From assembly GCF_039555335.1 (NCBI RefSeq), contig NC_092647.1, positions 18,756,946-18,820,945 on the forward strand: DNA of 64,000 nucleotides. Reading direction: 5' to 3'. Below, in pieces: positions 34,161 to 46,249 of this stretch. This stretch comes from Amphiura filiformis. Taxonomy: Eukaryota. The notes beneath the pieces are model-generated. The model did no database searches. It saw only the letters and a program-made list of their open reading frames with translations, and was not told where the DNA came from. Each line of letters starts with the position of its first letter. Within the stretch, counting starts at the first letter, position 1. Made by a program: the position numbers and the translations under genes.

Positions 34161-34696
34161 CGTAATTTTGGACAAATAAGGCCTCCCACTAATTAATTTT
34201 TACTAGAAGTTGAATATTGGTCTTAAAATGTTCTTTTAATTGATGTTGTGCCCCTAAGGGTGGCGCCCGGGGCACGTTGCCCCGCCCCGCCCCGCCCCCT
34301 AGTTATGCCACTGCACTCATAAATATCTATTTATAAATGGTAAATTATATATTAAAGTGATACTTGTTGTCATGGAGACTGCCTTTCTACAGAAGCTTAA
34401 CATTAAAGACTAGCATGTGCAAACCAAGGTTATGTTATCACTCATAGACCTCTATTTATAAATGGTAAATTATATATTAAAGTGGTACTTGTTATCATGG
34501 AGACTGCCTTTCAAGAAGCTTCTAGACCCTTTTCATACAACATGCATACAAACCATGGGTGTAGGTTTGTTGTAAAAATGTGAGGGGGGTGAATTCAAGA
34601 AAAAGTTTACGTCTATGCACAAGCCTCATGGCATGGGGAGAGGTTGAGAGGAAGAAGCCCCCAGAAGCTTCTGACATGAACCAAATGTGAGGGGTA

Positions 34697-34870
34697 CACC
34701 CCGTTAGTCCGAAACCCTGTCAGTCCGAATCACCGCTAGTCCGAATTTTAAGCTTACCTAACGCTAACCCTAACCCTAAACCTAACCCTAAATCTAACCC
34801 TAACCTGAAAAATTCGGACTAGCGGTGGTTTCGGAATGACAGTGTTTCGGACTGACGGGTAGACCCCGAA
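34697..34870. mobile_element. Second hairpin element with a telomere-like (CTAACC)n core and TAGTCCGAA subrepeats (intron 22)
   Basis: ccccgttagtccgaaaccctgtcagtccgaatcaccgctagtccgaatttt...ctaaccctaaccctaaacctaaccctaaatctaaccctaacctg...aaattcggactagcggtggtttcggaatgacagtgtttcggactgacgggtagacccc. Confidence 0.55.
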
Positions 34871-35727
34871 TCTGAGAATTAGAAATGGTGCCATAATTTG
34901 ATAGGAATCATCACAATTTAACACTCAAAAAGTAAGATGTGATGTGGTATATATATAAAAAAGCACTATTAATTTTGAGTGTTTTACTAAAAATATAGAG
35001 ATGTTTTGCTCCACAACGCTGTTTTCCCCAATGAAATCGGACATTCCTAAGCAAAGATATTGAGTTCGTAAGTTATGGTATTTTAAAATTGGAAATTGAG
35101 ATATTGGCCTTTAAAAATATTATTGGCAATGTTGAGAGTAGGAATAACCTTGATAAATGTTTCAAAAAATACAAGATGCCAGTTAAATTCCGGTCTGAAA
35201 CTATATCAGACAATATTTTATTTTAACATTATTAACATCACAAATTTGCAACAAACCCAATTTGTGAAAAAAATTGCACCAGGGCAGATTTTTTGCTATT
35301 TCTTCATTTTCGATTCTGCCCCAAAGTGTCTCCTTTCGATATACCACATCACAAATGTCAGCAAATTCAATATTAACCCCATGAGAACTACTTGCCGATT
35401 GGCCAAAAAGAAGTTTTCATTATCAATTGGACCAATCGGCAATATTGTTAGAATAATTTCACCACACAAAATAATTGGGGTGAATTGTTTGCAAAGCTCC
35501 ATTCTGATTAATGATTACAGTGAAGATATCATGTAATTGACCAATCAGAGGCAATGTTAGATCGGCAGGTAGTGCTCAGGGGGTTAACAATGAAATTAAA
35601 TGAGAATCTCTTCATCTGCAGGAGTTTGACTAATTGGTTGAAAATGACCTAATTAATGATGTGATAAAATGGGGGTGGGGATGATAGGGCCATGATACAA
35701 ATAGTACTGTTTATGTTTTTTTTTCAG

Positions 35728-35850
35728 GTTGGTCAGTTTTTCTGCCAAGCCCCAGTGACCTGCCTAGCTACAGCAAGTGATACACAAGGACATGCTGGAT
35801 TCATGTGTGGTGACAAGCTAGGTAACATATACTTCTTGGAGTGGAATTAA
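35728..35850 (+). CDS. Exon 23, putative terminal exon (last WD blade) ending in TAA
   Basis: ttttttcag|GTT. Frame reads VGQFFCQAPVTCLATASDTQGHAGFMCGDKLGNIYFLEWN, then TAA at 35848-35850. A candidate donor GTAACA at 35822 would be read through. No further WD-like coding follows downstream. Confidence 0.5.
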   Translation, partial: VGQFFCQAPVTCLATASDTQGHAGFMCGDKLGNIYFLEWN

Positions 35851-38800
35851 CTCTCTCTTCGTGGATGTCGACTGCAGACGACAAGTTTCAAATTTCCAAA
35901 TTGTATATTTTCATGAGCATAATTGGAATCAGCATGAAAAATGCATTTAAATGAGTACAAACAAGCCTAGTATTGTTTCAGTGGTTTTTGAAATATAGAG
36001 TGCTATTTTTAGAAAATAATCTCAAAACTTTGACTTTTTATGTTGAAGCCTATAGCATGCAGAGCATTATAGTACACAAAGTTTTATTTTGATATGTAAG
36101 ATATATATAAAGATTTGATAGTTTTAAAACTGGTAGATAGTTTTAAGGCTGGTTCATGGACTAAATATCAAAGGTTTTAAGTTCAAAATAACCTTTCAAA
36201 GATTTGAGGCTTTGAAGAAAAATAATTTGTTTATAAAATGTAACTTGTTCCAACAAAATATACCGTAAGTGTATTTAAAAAAAAAAGGATTTAATAATTT
36301 GTAGAAAGAAGCAAAAATTAGCTTTTAAGGTTATTAATTATTTTAAACTGTTGTGATTTGGTAGTTCACAGCATCTTACGAATGGTAGTGAGCTTTGGCA
36401 AAAACTGCATTGCTCAATTCATAGCGGCGTGTAGAAGAATTAAAATATCACAGATATACTTTTATAGGTGCTGCGGTTCTTGAGTTACGTTGTCAAGAGG
36501 TCTGAAACAACAACACTTTTGTAAAACGTACATAACTCATTAACAACAATAAATTAAGCAAGTTTGCAAAGTATAAGATTTGTAGAATGAACTTTTGCAA
36601 AGCATCAAGGTGTTAATTTTCAATAATATATTGATCTGGATAATGAAAATCGATTTTTAGGTTGCTTCAACCAACAATACCTCGTCTACCCTTAATGACA
36701 CCTTGCTTTTGAAAATTGAAAGTTTGGTTTTGGAGTTATGATGAATTATTTAGTCAATATTTTTCTCATGTTTTTCGTTATATTTTTCTAGCTTAGCTTG
36801 TATATTTCCCATTACTTGTCAGGCTGATTCAAAATGTGGGACTGATTAAGTAGGCATGGGAACGTTAAACACATGTACCATTAAACGCACGCATGACCCT
36901 TCAATTTTCCATTTTCAATGCTAATCAACAGTTGAAAGTAACAAAATCTGAAGACGACCTTAATAATTTACATAAAACTTGCTCAAAACATTCATTACCG
37001 TATTTAACACTAATAGGTCAAAATAATGCTTAGTTTTTGACATGTTTGGGCCGTTGACTTTGCGAATTTTACCTTATGTACAGCGCCATTGGTACTAACA
37101 TAAATTCTGGTTTTGTGAGGCGCACCGCACCTATTGTATATTCATGAAATCTTGCCGCCAGACGGAGATGAATCAATGCATGTTAATACGTTAAACGCAC
37201 GCATCACTGATGCGTTAAACATGTAGAAAAATACACGGAATAACCCATCCCTAGTTATAAGGGGAGTATTAGTAATAACAATAATATTAGCGAACAAATG
37301 TGCAAAAAAAAAAAGGTCATCATATCGTATTCTGTAAGTTGAACTTCCCTTTCTGCCAGACCTGACTTATTTTCTTATATAATGTAAGGGAAATTATCTT
37401 GAGAGGTGTTTTTAATAGCAATAAGATTTTGGCCTTGACTCTCCCATGAACTTGATTTGCCTGCAGTATGCAAATGATATTTTCTGTTTTGAAATGTAAA
37501 TGTACAGTACTCGATCATTTTGTACCTTTAGTTGTGGTATCAATATGTTTTATTATTCTGGAAGGAAGTTGTAATAATGCCTAAATTTTGTAAAATCTGG
37601 ACCAGAGACTAGTTCTCTGGCTGTGGGTTTTAGTCATAAACAGATATACAGGGTGTATCAAAATGTTGGTACCCATCAAATTTAATGTCTAATGAAATGC
37701 CTGCTTCTCCCGAATTCAACATTAGCTCAGCTTGAAACGACTACAATATGTATATGTATGGCCCTTTATCACATAAATCTACAAATAAGGTGTATGTTAT
37801 GCTGCATTTTGATGTGGCAGTCTTTGCTATGCTCATTGGATATTGATGGGTATCAATCATTTTGATACACCTTGTACTATGGGTCACATTTAACATAAAC
37901 AGATATACAGCAAAGAAATCAATAAAGGAGAATTTGGACATTCTATGCCACCCTTTATAATGGCGCTGGCATCCCTTGGAGGGGGGATTTAGGGGTATTT
38001 GATTTGGCACGAAGAACCAAACAGAAGTCTTTTGATAAATCTGTGCTTGTGGGCTCGCTCTCTCAGTGCATCACAACATGGCTTGTTTCTAGCTTGGTCT
38101 GTAAGTGTTGGACACATTATCCCCAAATTTTACTCCATGCATGAACGAAGATGACAAAGTGAGAAATCCTATTTCTCATTTAAATCTATTTTTTGTGATA
38201 TACATAAATTATAAATGGGTCTTTAGTTTTGTACACATGTAGTTTTAAACTTTATATGTCAACAAGATATGTCATAAAGAAGTAAAGTTGGTTGAACTAT
38301 CTAAATGTTTTATTAAACATCTACATAATTATACAATGTAGCTATTATTTAAAAAGGGTATAATTGATTGTTGCATACTTGTACATACATGTAATAGAAT
38401 TATGAACACTGTAGTTTGGGCAAAACTATGCAGTATAAATTGCTGCCCCTGTAGGAGTGTGTGCAAGGAGTCTGACGTATCTTCCATGCGTATCCTATAC
38501 CGCCTTTATAGTGCACAGCATAACGTTGTTGAGCAGGAAAAACCTCCTATGTGTCATTGGCCCCTGAACATGTTTAAAGCAAAACCTCCTATGTCACCTT
38601 TTGGCACTTTTGTATTAAACATATTCAGGGGCCACAATCTGGAAGATTTTTCTTGCCCAAAGACAATATTGAGACTGCAGGGGTTTGAACGCTTAATCTA
38701 TTGATCATGAGTCAAAAGCCATTGTACTTTCAAGTAAAACCATAACTGATCATGAAATAATATATAAGATAAATCCAAATTTGTGTGTGTAATAGAAAAA

Positions 38801-38956
38801 CGTAATTTATATATATAGGCATACAAAAGTATCTTTACATATGAAAAATATATATAATATTAATATATATATAAGAGAAAAAGAAAACACTATAGGTCTC
38901 TATAAATTGTAATAATATATATAGTTCTTTTTGGAAACATGTGCCTTATATTAATC

Positions 38957-39235
38957 AATGTGCTATTACATTTAAGAATCCACACTCTCCCTGTGGAAGA
39001 TGTTGGAGATATGTTCCACAGTGGGAGTGTGAATTTCACTTGAAATGAACACATTATACAGCTCCATTTTAATTTCATACACCCTGAGAAAGATTCGACC
39101 TGAATCTTCCACAGAGGATGGGTGAGTTTCAAGTTGAGTTGGTTAATGTCCAAATTCGTTTTGAAATTCATACTCCCTCTGTTGAAGATAAAAATTTCCA
39201 CAGGGAGTGTGGACTTCAACTGGAATATGCCAATG
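38957..39235. mobile_element. Family C hairpin element copy (intergenic)
   Basis: aatgtgctattacatttaagaatccacactctccctgtggaagatgttgg...cttccacagaggatgggtgagtttcaag...ttccacagggagtgtggacttcaactggaatatgccaatg. Confidence 0.5.
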
Positions 39236-39959
39236 TTGTTACTGCAGTTATTATAAAAGTAGATTATGTTTAATAAAATTGCTTATTACAGAAGTTACAA
39301 CTTGTGAAGTCAGGTTTGATGTATTGGTAGCCAGGGTACTGTATAATTGTATATTTTTGCTGGGTTCATTTTTTTCGCCATTTGATCAATTCTGGACAGT
39401 TAAGTGGGTGTTTAATTTGTGTTTCCAAATATAATCACATTAACGGTGGTCTTACCTTGGAATTATGGAAATATTTGGGCCTCATAACTGCTAAACTGTT
39501 GGTTTAAAGTATATAAAAGTAATAGCAAAGACTTGATGAATTCATTTGTGAGGTCAAATTTTGGCCCAAAATGCTCATTTTTTGAGATAATCCCCAAACT
39601 ACGTAACAAAACAAGAGCGATAACCGCACCATAGCTGAACCATGTGGCTTCAGCAGTATATTGTGGTAGGCCTATACCACTATCACCCGGAGTCTATAAT
39701 GGACATAATCTTGAAATGCTACGAAGGTATGGCCGCCCGAGTGGTGATAATGAAAGAGGAAAAGTGAAGAATATAAAATAAACTAGAGCAACTGTGCCCT
39801 TTACAAGGACACAAGGTAAGTTTGATTACTCTAACGATCTGATCAAGCAGCAATACTGTGCTGGATAGTATTAATTTTAATAAGACTGTTTCAGTCTGTA
39901 AATGTAAATTCATTAATTGCCGTTTTAATATACCTTGAACGTGGAAAGCTGGCATTTTG

Positions 39960-40500
39960 AAAACTGGACTTTTGACCTCTGTATGACACCCTTAATGGCC
40001 TTAAATGAATTTTAAAATATTTTCAACATGTTTAGAATGTCATAAGGATCATTGCGTTTAAATTTCAGCTCAATCGGAGCATTTTGGAAAACTTGACCTT
40101 TGACCCCTTTAGGACCCCTTAATGACCTTAAATGAATCTTAAAATGTTTTTAAAATGTTAAGAATGTCATAAGGATCATTGCATATAAATTTCAGCTCAA
40201 TTGGAGCATTTTGAAAAACTTGACCTTTGACCCCTTTAGGACCCCTTAATGACCTTAAATGAATTTTAAAATATTTTTTAAATGTTTAGAATGTCATAAG
40301 GATCATTGCATTTAAATTTTTTTAATTTCAGCTCAATTGCAGCATTTTGAGAACCTTGACCTTTGACCCCTTTATGACCCCTTAATGACCTTAAATTAAT
40401 TTTTAAAGGTTTTAAACATGTTTAGAATGTCATAAGGATCATTGCATTTAAATTTAAGTTTAATCGGAGCATTTTCAGTTAAAATGACCTTTGTGACCCC
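39960..40500. repeat. Satellite: ~120-bp unit x about 4.5
   Basis: Unit tgacctttgacccctttaggaccccttaatgaccttaaatgaattttaaaat.ttttaaaatgtttagaatgtcataaggatcattgc.tttaaatttcagctcaat.ggagcattttg.aaaacttgacc. Confidence 0.8.
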
Positions 40501-40539
40501 TGGATGACCTCCGACGTTTGGAAACATTTTTATTATATT

Positions 40540-41020
40540 TTTTATATTTTCCTATTTTTAGAGATAGTAACTCGGGCCTCGACTTAGTAACTCGGGTCCG
40601 AGATAGTAACTCGGGTCAGAGATAGTAACTTGGGGCCTCGACATAGGATCCTGGTGTCTAAGATAGTAACACGGACCCCGAGATATGGGGCCCCAACATA
40701 GTAACTCGGGGACCGAGATAGTAACTCGGGCCCGACTTAGTAATTGGGGGTTAGAGATAGTAACTCGGGCCTCGACTTAGTAACTCGGGTCCGAGATAGT
40801 GACTCGGGCCTCGACTTGTTAACTCGGGTCTCAGATAGTCAAATGGATCCCGAGATTGTAACTCGGGGTCCGAGATAGTAACTCGGGGGCCCGACTTAGT
40901 AATTGGGGGTTAGAGATAGTAACTCGGGCCTCAACTTAGTAACTTGGGTCTGAGATAGTAACACGGACCCCGAGATAGTAACTCCGGGTCCGAGATAGCA
41001 ACTCGGGACCCAGACTTATT
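40540..41020. repeat. Satellite: ~21-bp unit GAGATAGTAACTCGGG(C/T)CYCGACTTAGTAACTCGGGTCC
   Basis: About 22 copies of variants of gagatagtaactcgggcctcgacttagtaactcgggtcc. Confidence 0.8.
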
Positions 41021-41092
41021 AATCACACAGTCCCTAGTATTGTGTTGTCGTGGATACATGTAGTTGATAAATTACTTGATCAAATCATTTGG

Positions 41093-41445
41093 TTAAGGGG
41101 GTACTACACCCCTGCCCAATTTTGTGCCTATTTTTGCATTTTTCTCAAAAATTATAGAGCATTTGTGACAAGTAAGATATGTATATTATAGGGGCAAGGA
41201 CTACAACTGCTCATTCATTTTATTTCAGCAGACAACAGTTGTGGAGTTACAGTAAAAAATGAGGGAAAAACAATATTTGATCAATAAATCAATAACTACT
41301 TGCCTTGAGTTGCTGAATTTTCAGTGCAGTAGTTATAGTCCTTGCCTCTATATCTATATCTTACTTGTCACCAATGCACTATAATTTTTTGAGAAAAACA
41401 CAAAAATAAGCAAAAAATTTGGCTAGGGGTGTATTACCCCTTTAA
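41093..41445. mobile_element. TTAA-flanked MITE family A, copy 3
   Basis: ggttaaGGGGGTACTACACCCCTGCCCAATTTTGTGCC...GGCTAGGGGTGTATTACCCCtttaa. Confidence 0.65.
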
Positions 41446-41739
41446 ACATAATATATCCCACACAATTTAAAACCAATGTAACCCAACATCTACAAGAAAT
41501 CTATAGACTAAAATGTGCATGCATGCGCATATTAACCTATCCGTTTGGGCAGTATCAAGATCAAGATGATGTGCAAATTCCAAGTTAGACTTCATCATGT
41601 TCTTGCTGTCATTGACATATTTGTAGAGACGACTAGAGTCCCCGCTAGTACATACATCGAATGTATGGACTAGGAAGCCAATTGTCGAAAGCCATAACTC
41701 ACACATACGATACACCCATCAAATGTGTGTCATCGGTCC

Positions 41740-42010
41740 AGTCATCGGCCTTGTAGGAAGTTGGCGGGCGGGCCTTGTACCCGAGTCCAGCTTGTCCGAG
41801 TCCGAGCCGAGCCGAGCCGAGTCCATTTGTATCCGAGTCCGAGCCAAGTCCGAGTCCTTTTGTGCCCGAGTCCAAGTTCGGGGGTGCCGAGTCCGAGCCA
41901 AGTCCGAGTCCAACAAAAATAAGACCCGAGTCCGGACTCGAGTCCGGCTCGAGTCCGGACTCGGTCAGAGTCCATGCCCGTGGTGGTGGTGGTGGTGGTG
42001 GTGGTGGAGG
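41740..42010. repeat. GC-rich CpG minisatellite (CCGAGTCCGAGC-type units) followed by (GGT)9 and a G-run
   Basis: gtacccgagtccagcttgtccgagtccgagccgagccgagccgagtcc...gactcgagtccggctcgagtccggactcgg...tggtggtggtggtggtggtggtggtggagggggggg. Both strands carry spurious proline/glycine-rich ORFs. Confidence 0.8.
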
Positions 42011-42702
42011 GGGGGTGTCATTCAATTTTAATGTGAAAGGTAGGCTATCTACCCATATTGCTTAGTTTGTATAAAAATGGGTCATTTGGTATAACAGAAT
42101 CAAAAAAGAGTAATTTGGTATAAAATTTGAATGAAGGGGGTCATTTGGTATAATATTTTGAAAAAATGGGTTGTTATTTTCAAAAAATTGACCAAAATTT
42201 TATATTTTGTTTCTAATTTGAAAATTTACAATACAAATGTCCTGAAAACAAAGAAAATGTCAAAGTTTCTGCATAATTTTATGGCATTTTGATGATAAAA
42301 TTGTAGAAAAAGAAGGTTATTGGTCAAAGGTCACTCACTACTACCATACCACACATCACTCTCTCTCTCTATACACATCCATCCTACCAAACCCCACCCC
42401 ACCCACCGTACCCCACTGAATTGATATTTCAGAGACTCAACTCAACCAACCAATCAACCATACACACATACTTCAAACACCCATATCCATGAACAGGTAA
42501 CTCCTGAAGCTTAAAAATACATTTATCAGACCACCTGTATCAGAACAGCAGTTATGTAGGGGTATTGGTGTGTGTATGGCACACAACATGTAAACTCTCA
42601 GTTAACTGGCAACCAGTGATTAGAGAAGTGTCACTAGGCTGTGTGCAGTATGCATGTGAATGAATTGCAATGTATTCAAATACATTACCGTATAGAAACA
42701 TA

Positions 42703-42805
42703 ACATCATCATCATCATCATCATCATCATCGTCATCATCATCGTTATCATCATCATCATCATCGACATTATCGTTATCATCATTGTCATAATAATAATA
42801 ATGCT
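42703..42805. repeat. (ATC)n microsatellite, imperfect
   Basis: catcatcatcatcatcatcatcatcgtcatcatcatcgttatcatcatcatcatcgac... Confidence 0.9.
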
Positions 42806-42959
42806 AACAGAAATTCACCTTTAATTCTTCTTTTCAAAATTGTCCCATACAATACAAATGTGCAGTGAGTAGTGAGCACACACACATGCACATCCCAGAC
42901 GCCCTATAGCCCTGTGTGGATGACTACCAATTTACAGAGTTGGCGCTGAGATGTATAAT

Positions 42960-43530
42960 ACTATGATCCAGTGTGCATGCAAGCAGTTGGTCATTGCGCT
43001 ATCTGCTCCTATAACAAGTAGGTCATCAATGCGAGCTAATGCGCTATCTACCGCTGATAGCAAGTAGTTCATCAATGCTCTATCTACTGCTGATAGCAAG
43101 TAGTTCATCAATGGCCTATCTACTGCTGATAGCAAGTAGTTCATAAATGCCATATCTACTGCTGATAGCAAGTAGTTCATCAATGCTCTATCTACTGCTG
43201 ATAGCAAGTAGTTCATCAATGGCCTATCTACTGCTGATAGCAAGTAGTTCATAAATGCCCTATCTACTGCTGATAGCAAGTAGTTCATCAATGCTCTATC
43301 TACTGCTGATAGCAAGTAGTTTATCAATGTCCTATCTACTACTGATAACAAGTATTACATCCAAGCACTTTCTACTCCTGATAGCAAGTAATTCATCAAT
43401 GCGCTATCTACTCCTGATAGCAAGCGGGATAGCAAGTAGTTCACCAACGCGCCATCTACTGCTCGATAGTTCATCAATGCTCTATCTACTGCTGATAACA
43501 AGTTTAAGTCGTTCATCAAAGTGCTATAAG
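42960..43530. repeat. Minisatellite: 42-bp unit x about 13 (CTATCTACTGCTGATAGCAAGTAGTTCATCAATGC(T/C)C)
   Basis: Open ORFs on both strands (42932..43351 minus, 43255..43686 plus) are repeat artefacts with iterated LLSAVDRALMNY / LLLIASSSSM peptides. Confidence 0.85.
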
Positions 43531-44892
43531 TATTTCGTCGACGCCCTATCTATATTTCTGAAAGAAAATCATTCATCAATTATATACAACATATGGAAAA
43601 AAATTGCGACAATACTCATACATATGAGGGAGGCACTTATAAGGAAGAAGATAGGTGCCACGGTGCAAAACAAAATAATAACATGAATAAACAAAACGAG
43701 AAAAATAAATCCTCATCTTTATCATAATCACCCGCATCATCATCATTTTTTGTTATCTATCAGATCATCATAGACTTATAGACGAGCCATATTATAACAT
43801 TTGCTGAGAACGTTCTAAAAGATTTTTAATTCTGGTTTTACACGATTGTAATGTACTTTAGTCAATAAAGATACTCTGAAAAAATCAAGACTTTAGGTGC
43901 TGTAGTTTTGTCAAAATGATCCGAGATTTTGAATAAAACGATGGAACCGGCGTTTTATTATTACGATGGAAATATTAGTCGAACACTTATGCATATGCAA
44001 TTATGCATGCACGGCGTGCGGGATACACATACACACACACACCCCGAGGATCGTACCGTATTATAACCGCGGGAGTAACATGCATATGCGCTAGTAGTAA
44101 ATTCAATTTTTCTATGTTTTACCTCACTTGTTCGGCTCAAAATTAAAAGGGGACATATCTGACAGTAAAAGCTAACATTTTATGGAAAATAACTTCTAAT
44201 TTTACAGAAATGTTATAATATGGCTTAATGACGTTCATCACTAATTTTTCATGATCGATTTACCGATTTCTGGCTTTTAGTAACATGCATATTTTTTATT
44301 TTCCAGAAACAACATCATGACATGACTTGGGTAATGTACGAAAGACGTTTGGAGCGATAAAATACTGACTGGGAAAACAGAAGACTGAAATCTTGATGGA
44401 CATAGCTGCAGTGTACACCATTATTCTGAAAAAAGTTAAGTAGCCCTATTAGGCCTATACCATTCTTTTAAAATTTGCTATTTGTGACCCATTCCCACAA
44501 AACATGCGAGCATGAGAAGAAAGTGGACTTCATATGTTAGAAAATTTGTGACCCATTCCCACAAAACATGCGAGCATGAGAAGAAAGTGGACTTCATATG
44601 TTTTAATACACACCTATGACGTCGCGCTATTGTTTTACCGCTCCATTATTTTCCACGAATGGAGCGATGATTACAATAACACGCCATTCGTAAATGCCTT
44701 TCTCTTTTTCTGAAAAGCAAATACTTTTCAGGGAAAAAGTACTGGCATTTACGAATGTAGTGTTAATAACAATTGCACTTTCGAAAAGCATGTATTTGCG
44801 TAAAGTGCAGTATTGTTTATCATCACTTCATTCATGCAAAACAATGATACGAAAAACAACAAAACTATGATTTTCATTAATACAATAAATTA

Positions 44893-46249
44893 AGGAAGCG
44901 GATAGCAACATTTGCACATTATTGTTATGGGACATGAGAGCACATCAGACATATCGAATTACATGCTGAATACGAGGATTGTCCTTCTGATATAAAAAAA
45001 AAAATTTTTGATTTTGTGAAATTCGTGATATAATACAAATTTTATGGCAAATTATTAAAATGTCATATTTTTTAATTTAACAGTCCTCGAAGTAAACTTT
45101 ATAAATCTAATAAATGATATGTAATGAAACTGTAGGCCTATGTAGGCCTAGCTGGGATGAAAAGCCGAATTGAAAATTTTGACCTTTCATATTGAACATA
45201 AACATTTTTTTCCAAAAAGACCTACATTTTTAGTGTTTTGAGGAAAAAAAATCTGTAATAATGAAGGTCAAAATTTTCATATGATGGACAGCTGTTCATC
45301 CCAACTTCATAATCTTTAGGTGCATATCGTTAGATTTATACAATTTACTTTTTTACAATTTACAATTTTTAATAATTTGCCATAAAATGTGTAATGTATA
45401 TATCGCGAATTTAAGGTTGGTCTGAACCCTGGAATTATGAAAACTTTCGAGCCTCATAACTGCTAAATTATTAGTCTAAGAATATAAAAGTATACATTTT
45501 TAGAATGGAAATGACTTGCTGAATTCATCTGTGAGGTCCAATTTGGGCCAAAATGATCATTTTTGGAGAAAATCCAAAAAAACGGGTTTTTGGCCCAAAT
45601 TTTTTCGTGCAACGTAACAAAAAAATTGTTTGGCCAAAAAAAAATTTTTATTAATTTTTAAAAACTAGATAAAAATATCTAGGGAGCGTTTTTTCATTTT
45701 TTGAATTTTGACCAACTTCACCAAAAATATTTGAAATTTGGGCGAAAATCAGGCTTTTTATGATTTTTTTGAAAATTTTGCATTTTTTACCATTTTTGGT
45801 GCAAATTTCTCAAAGTTGGTCAAAATTCAAAAAAATAAAAAAACCCTCCCTAGATATTTTTATCTAGTTTTTTTTTTTTTTTTTAAAAATTTTTTTTGTC
45901 CAAACAATTTTTTTGTTATGTTGCATGAAAATTTGGGCCAAAAACCCGTTTTTGGGATTTTCTCCAAAATGAGCATTTTGGCCCAAATTGACCTCCCAGA
46001 TGAATTCAGCAAGTCATTTCCATTCTAAAATGTATACTTTTATATTCTTTAGACTAATAATTTAGCAGTTATGAGGCCCGAAAGTTTCCATAATTCCAGG
46101 GTTCAGACCACCCTTAATAAAAATCAGAATTATTTGATATCAGAAGGACATTCCTCGTGTTCAAAATCCAATTCGATGTGTCTGATTTGCTCTCAGGTCC
46201 CTCAAATATATTATATAGGCCTACACGTGAAAACGTCGCTATCCGAGCC
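44893..46249. mobile_element. TTAA-flanked palindromic MITE family B, copy 3, split by a nested TTAA-flanked MITE at 45414-46106
   Basis: aaattaaGGAAGCGGATAGCAACATTTGCACATTATTGTTATGGGACATGAGAGCACATCAGACATATCGAAT...[insert]...CATCGAATTGGATTTTGAACACGAGGAATGTCCTTCTGATATCAAATAATTCTGATTTTTATTAAGGGTGG...GCTATCCGAGCCCttaaac. The insert is ttaaGGTTGGTCTGAACCCTGGAATTATGAAAAC...GTTTCCATAATTCCAGGGTTCAGACCACCCttaa. Confidence 0.6.
45414..46106. mobile_element. Nested TTAA-flanked MITE (TIR GGTTGGTCTGAACCCTGGAATTATG). A partial relative is at 39438-39610.
   Basis: A perfect-ish ~330-bp inverted repeat, 45414-45745 against 45775-46106. 39438-39600 (ttaacggtggtcttaccttggaattatggaaatatttgggcctcataactgctaaactg...) matches one arm. 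Confidence 0.6.

Noticed and set aside
35096-35536. 146-aa plus-strand ORF in intron 22
   Set aside because: It is AT-rich and low-complexity (…FYFNIINITNLQQ…) with no splice context. It overlaps repeat-like sequence. Likely spurious.
41699-42065. Five overlapping ORFs (65-108 aa) rich in proline, glycine and serine
   Set aside because: All sit in the GC-rich CCGAGTCCGAGC / (GGT)n minisatellite and are low-complexity, open in several frames at once. Not coding.
42932-43686. Long overlapping ORFs on both strands (139 and 143 aa)
   Set aside because: They lie entirely within the 42-bp minisatellite. The peptides are perfect iterations (LLSAVDRALMNY…, LLLIASSSSM…). They are artefacts of an in-frame tandem repeat, not genes.
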